Below, in pieces: positions 6,730-10,130 of a DNA stretch of 10,130 nucleotides; position 1 is the first letter of the stretch, and the number at the start of each line of letters is the position of its first letter. The stretch is from contig JBEQAF010000063.1 of NCBI GenBank assembly GCA_041640455.1, positions 2,595-12,724 of the forward strand, written 5' to 3'. This stretch comes from a bacterium (GTDB lineage Bacteria > CALINM01). The position numbers and the translations under genes are program-made. Below the pieces are notes generated by a model. It saw only the letters and a program-made list of their open reading frames with translations, did no database searches and had not been told where the DNA came from.

Positions 6730-8076
6730 TTGAAGACAAAAATTGAATTTATTTGTCAGGTCTGCGGCTTTAGAAGCCCCAAATGGATGGGCAGATGTCC
6801 TGACTGTGATAACTGGAATAGCTTTGTAGCGGAACAGTTTAAAAAAAATGAGCACAAAAGAGGCACAGAAAAGGATAAATCCAGAATCTACCCCATAACT
6901 GATATTGGTATAGAGAACATTGAAAGGGTTAATACGGAATTATCGGAGTTTGATAGGGTGCTTGGAAGCGGTATTGTTCCTGCATCACTTGTCCTTCTCG
7001 GAGGAGAACCTGGAATCGGCAAATCTACCATCCTTCTTCAGGTGGCAAACTCAGTGGCAAGGTCAGGTAAAATGGTTGTATATGTTACCGCTGAAGAGTC
7101 TGTGGGACAGCTTAAGCTAAGGGCAGAAAGGCTTGGAGTATTATCCGAAAATCTATTTGTACTGGCTGAAAATTCTCTGGATGATATTTTTCAGTATATA
7201 AAAAGTCTTAAACCTTTTCTTGTAGTTCTTGACTCTATCCAGACGGTTTATCTTGAAGATATCCCTTCAGCACCAGGTAGTGTATCTCAGGTTAGAGAAT
7301 CTGCTGGTAGAATTATGGATTTTGCAAAGAAAAATTCGATAACATTTTTTATCGTAGGTCATGTTACCAAGGAGGGAAGCATAGCAGGTCCAAGGGTGCT
7401 GGAGCATCTGGTTGATACGGTTATTTATTTTGAAGGTGACAAGGGACAGCAGTTTCGAATATTAAGAGCCATTAAAAACAGATTTGGTTCCACCAACGAG
7501 ATTGGCATCTTTGAGATGACAGACAGGGGGCTCATTGATATATCCAATCTATCAGACTTTTTTATAGCAAACAGGGTAGAAAATGAGCCTGGCAGTTCTA
7601 TGTTTATTGCCATTGAAGGTACGAGACCTATTGCCGTAGAGATTCAGGCATTAGTTGCTCAAACAAGCTTTGGTATGCCAAGAAGAATGGCTATGGGAAT
7701 TGATAACAATAGACTAAACCTTATTGTGGCTGTTCTGGAGAAAAAACTCGAGATGCCACTTTTTTCCTACGATATTTTTGTAAATGTGGCTGGGGGGCTA
7801 AAAATTTCTGAGACCGCATCAGATTTAGCAATAGCTATGGCTATCATATCAAGTTTTAAAAATCTACCGTTAGACAGTCAGGCTGTGTTTATAGGTGAGA
7901 TTGGTCTTCTGGGCGAGATAAGGATGGTGAGCAATCTCGAGACGAGATTGAGAGAAGCTTGCAATCTAAACTTCAAAAAGATATATATGCCCAGATATAG
8001 AGGGACAAGGCAGACATACCAGCAGGTATTTGAACTTGAAAGACTTGACGAGGCTATGGATATATGTCTGTTATAA
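6730..8076 (+). CDS. radA: DNA repair protein RadA/Sms
   Basis: 448 aa, TTG start with AAAGG at 6718-6722. C4 zinc finger CQVC...CPDC, Walker A GGEPGIGKST, Walker B VVLDSIQT, GHVTKEG, signature KNRFG, Lon-like C-terminal domain (VNVAGG, GEIGLLGEIR). Confidence 0.97.
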   Translation: MKTKIEFICQVCGFRSPKWMGRCPDCDNWNSFVAEQFKKNEHKRGTEKDKSRIYPITDIGIENIERVNTELSEFDRVLGSGIVPASLVLLGGEPGIGKSTILLQVANSVARSGKMVVYVTAEESVGQLKLRAERLGVLSENLFVLAENSLDDIFQYIKSLKPFLVVLDSIQTVYLEDIPSAPGSVSQVRESAGRIMDFAKKNSITFFIVGHVTKEGSIAGPRVLEHLVDTVIYFEGDKGQQFRILRAIKNRFGSTNEIGIFEMTDRGLIDISNLSDFFIANRVENEPGSSMFIAIEGTRPIAVEIQALVAQTSFGMPRRMAMGIDNNRLNLIVAVLEKKLEMPLFSYDIFVNVAGGLKISETASDLAIAMAIISSFKNLPLDSQAVFIGEIGLLGEIRMVSNLETRLREACNLNFKKIYMPRYRGTRQTYQQVFELERLDEAMDICLL

Positions 8077-8531
8077 AATCTATTTTTTTAATTTATCTAT
8101 TTTTTCTTCTTGTGGGCATGAAGATTATTCTTAAAGATGGTAACTTTATTGAGGTTGACTCATTTCATAGGGGAGAAAGTCGTAGCCAGATGACTATTCA
8201 TAGGCAGAAGATAAATATTCCCAATATACTTATTGATTTCAAGGCAACAATGAAGCTTGTTGAAATTGAGAAAAAGGGGATTTCCATATTCATGGATTAC
8301 TCAACCATAATTTTTGACAAAAAAAGCAACTACAATGAACTGGTTAACTTACAAAATCATAAAAAGACAGAAAATAATATCGTTCCAAGGTTTAAACTTG
8401 AGACAAGAAAAGAGACCAGCTCCTTTTTTATGGAACTGCCCGATAGCAAAATGAAAGACGAGGACTTTCTTGAAAAGATCAAGAAAAAGGGGATCATGTT
8501 CAAGCTGAATGTTCCCGTAAAAAGCAGGTAA
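8064..8531 (+). CDS. Hypothetical protein, probably exported or membrane-anchored
   Basis: 155 aa ORF overlapping the radA end by 13 nt, GAGG at 8050-8053. N-terminal Lys plus hydrophobic run IFLIYLFFLLVG. Fills the gap between radA and the next promoter. No family recognised. Confidence 0.7.
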   Translation: MSVIKSIFLIYLFFLLVGMKIILKDGNFIEVDSFHRGESRSQMTIHRQKINIPNILIDFKATMKLVEIEKKGISIFMDYSTIIFDKKSNYNELVNLQNHKKTENNIVPRFKLETRKETSSFFMELPDSKMKDEDFLEKIKKKGIMFKLNVPVKSR

Positions 8532-8556
8532 CCTCTTATATTAATTGCCTATCAAA

Positions 8557-8627
8557 AATGAATTTTTATTAAAGATAAAATTGTTTTATCCATATTAAAA
8601 TATTCATTGACACTTTAATAAAAGTCA
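8557..8627. repeat. Cluster of inverted repeats, candidate operators
   Basis: GATAAAA-TTG-TTTTATC (8574-8590) nested in AATGAAT (8557-8563)...ATTCATT (8602-8608). TTTTATTAAAG (8564-8574) is the exact reverse complement of CTTTAATAAAA (8613-8623). TGAC-N12-GTCA at 8608-8627. The region is very AT-rich, which weakens significance. Confidence 0.45.
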
Positions 8628-8635
8628 GGTAAATT
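8607..8635 (+). promoter_or_regulatory. Predicted sigma70 promoter for the XRE-cupin / small protein / carboxyltransferase unit
   Basis: Perfect TTGACA (8607-8612), 17 nt, TAAATT (8630-8635). Predicted start ~8642, a few nt before the ATG at 8646. Confidence 0.7.
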
Positions 8636-8645
8636 AAAAACACCT

Positions 8646-9221
8646 ATGGAAGATATCCCTTTTGATATAGGCAAAAAGATTAAGGAACTAAGATTAAAGG
8701 AAGGACTAACTCTGAAGCAGGTTGCAAAAGAGACAGGTTTTTCTCCAGCCCTGATTTCGCAGATAGAAAATAACAATATATCTCCCCCCATTGCGACGCT
8801 TGCAAAGCTGGCGGGCTTTTTTAAAGTTAGAATCGGATATTTTTTTGAGGACGAGGTAGAACCTGCCAAATATACGGTGTGCCGTAAAAATGAGGGTAGG
8901 AGAATTGACAGGGTTATCTCCAAGAGCGGAAAAAGACATGGCTACATTTATCAGGCTCTTGCATCCGAATTTCCCGATAAAAGAATGGAGCCCTTTTTAA
9001 TTACCCTTGAGCCCAAGACACTTGATGAAGAAAGCATGTACAGCCACGAGGGAGAGGAGTTTGTGATGGTTTTAGAAGGTAAAATACTTGTACTGATAGA
9101 GAAAGAGAAGATCAGCCTATCAGAGGGGGATTCCATATATTTTGACTCATCATCAAAACACAGGGTTTTAAACCCCTATGATGAGGAAGCAAAGATAATT
9201 GCTGTTATTCTTGAAAAATAG
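8646..9221 (+). CDS. XRE-family HTH transcriptional regulator with C-terminal cupin domain (PuuR-like architecture)
   Basis: 191 aa. IGKKIKELRLKEGLTLKQVAKETGFSPALISQIENNNISPPIATLAKLA (HTH_3 pattern). Cupin motifs YSHEGEEFVMVLEG and GDSIYFDSSSKH. Confidence 0.93.
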   Translation: MEDIPFDIGKKIKELRLKEGLTLKQVAKETGFSPALISQIENNNISPPIATLAKLAGFFKVRIGYFFEDEVEPAKYTVCRKNEGRRIDRVISKSGKRHGYIYQALASEFPDKRMEPFLITLEPKTLDEESMYSHEGEEFVMVLEGKILVLIEKEKISLSEGDSIYFDSSSKHRVLNPYDEEAKIIAVILEK

Positions 9222-9230
9222 GAGGCGATA

Positions 9231-9422
9231 ATGGCTTTTGATAAGAAAAAGATTGCGGCGGTTATGGCGGCTGTAAATTTATATATGGAAGAGGAACAAG
9301 AGGGTAGTTTGTATATACCACAGATGCCAAAAGCTGAAAAAGGTGAAAGCCCCTGGGTAAGGTTTGGGAGGGTTAACGCCATGTTAGTTAGAAATCAATG
9401 TCAGCAGAGATTATTTAAATAA
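9231..9422 (+). CDS. Small protein resembling the soluble C-terminus of OadG/MmdD and acyl-CoA carboxylase epsilon subunits
   Basis: 63 aa. Perfect SD AGGAGG (9220-9225) overlapping the upstream stop, 5 nt before the ATG. IAAVMAAVNLY helix, acidic/Pro linker and SPWVRFGR. Lies 13 nt upstream of the carboxyltransferase gene. The family assignment is from motif recall. Confidence 0.8.
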   Translation: MAFDKKKIAAVMAAVNLYMEEEQEGSLYIPQMPKAEKGESPWVRFGRVNAMLVRNQCQQRLFK

Positions 9423-9435
9423 TTAGGGGGAACTT

Positions 9436-10130
9436 ATGGCAAAAAAAACGAAAAATCCAGTAAAAATTGTAGATTTAACCTTCAGAGATGGACATCAGTC
9501 TCTGTTTGCAACAAGGATGAGAACTGAAGATATAATTCCCATTGCCGAAGAGCTTGATAAGGTGGGCTTTTATTCCATAGAGATATGGGGCGGGGCGACC
9601 TTTGATGTGATGCACAGATTTTTAGGAGAAGATCCCTGGGAGAGACCGAGAATATTAAAAAAATATATTAAGAATACGCCCTTTCAGATGCTTCTGAGAG
9701 GACAGAATCTTGTTGGATATAGAAACTATGCTGATGATGTGGCTGAAGCTTTTATAACAAAGGCTGCAGAGGTAGGTATTGATATTTTTAGGGTTTTTGA
9801 TGCTTTGAATGATGAAAGAAATCTTGAGTTTCCCTTCAAGGTTATTAAAAAACTTAAAAAGCATGTTCAAGGTGCGCTGTCATACACACTGACAGAAAGA
9901 AAGCTTGGTGGTGAGGTCTTTAACATTGATTATTATGTCAAGAAGGCAAAGACCTATGTGGACATGGGTGCTGACAGTATATGTATTAAAGATATGTCAG
10001 GCATCCTTTCACCTTACGATGCCTATGATCTGGTAAAGGCATTGAAAGAGAATATTAAGGTTCCCATAAATGTTCATTCCCATTATACCAGCGGAATGGC
10101 TGCTATGGCTATGTTAAAAGCCATTGAGGC
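9436..10130 (+). CDS. Pyruvate carboxylase subunit B / oxaloacetate decarboxylase alpha / transcarboxylase 5S-type carboxyltransferase; 3'-truncated by the window edge
   Basis: Not in the ORF track (no stop inside the window). Manual translation from ATG 9436 (SD AGGGGG 9425-9430): MAKKTKNPVKIVDLTFRDGHQSLFATRM...EIWGGATFD...EDPWER...QMLLRGQNLVGYRNYADD...FRVFDALND...CIKDMSG...HSHYTSG, with metal ligands RD and HxH and the KDM lysine. Confidence 0.95.
   Translation, partial: MAKKTKNPVKIVDLTFRDGHQSLFATRMRTEDIIPIAEELDKVGFYSIEIWGGATFDVMHRFLGEDPWERPRILKKYIKNTPFQMLLRGQNLVGYRNYADDVAEAFITKAAEVGIDIFRVFDALNDERNLEFPFKVIKKLKKHVQGALSYTLTERKLGGEVFNIDYYVKKAKTYVDMGADSICIKDMSGILSPYDAYDLVKALKENIKVPINVHSHYTSGMAAMAMLKAIE

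Noticed and set aside
6920..7613. ORFs 6920-7120 (+, alternative frame) and 7425-7613 (-)
   Set aside because: Fully inside conserved radA; no independent support.
8615..9870. Minus-strand ORFs 8615-8923, 8706-8939, 8951-9136, 9176-9382 and 9655-9870
   Set aside because: Antisense to the regulator, small protein and carboxyltransferase genes, which have clear motifs or RBSs.

Overview
AT-rich bacterial chromosomal window of mostly housekeeping genes; no mobile element, CRISPR array, rRNA or tRNA was seen. On the + strand: a 5'-truncated sensor histidine kinase ending in a degenerate (pseudo-)receiver domain, then rnr and an ABC1/UbiB-family kinase, each 2 nt apart. These converge on, and overlap, a minus-strand mazG-dedA pair. 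A 207-nt intergenic region follows, then radA, a hypothetical exported protein, an XRE-cupin regulator, a 63-aa OadG/MmdD/AccE-like small protein and a 3'-truncated pyruvate carboxylase B / oxaloacetate decarboxylase alpha / transcarboxylase 5S-type gene that the ORF track missed. The most interesting signal is between mazG and radA: two face-to-face sigma70-type promoters (both TTGACT-N17) bracket a ~65-nt unit with two anti-Shine-Dalgarno motifs, one in the loop of an intrinsic terminator. This looks like an unannotated small RNA that is also antisense to the mazG leader. All regulatory calls are predictions from sequence only.
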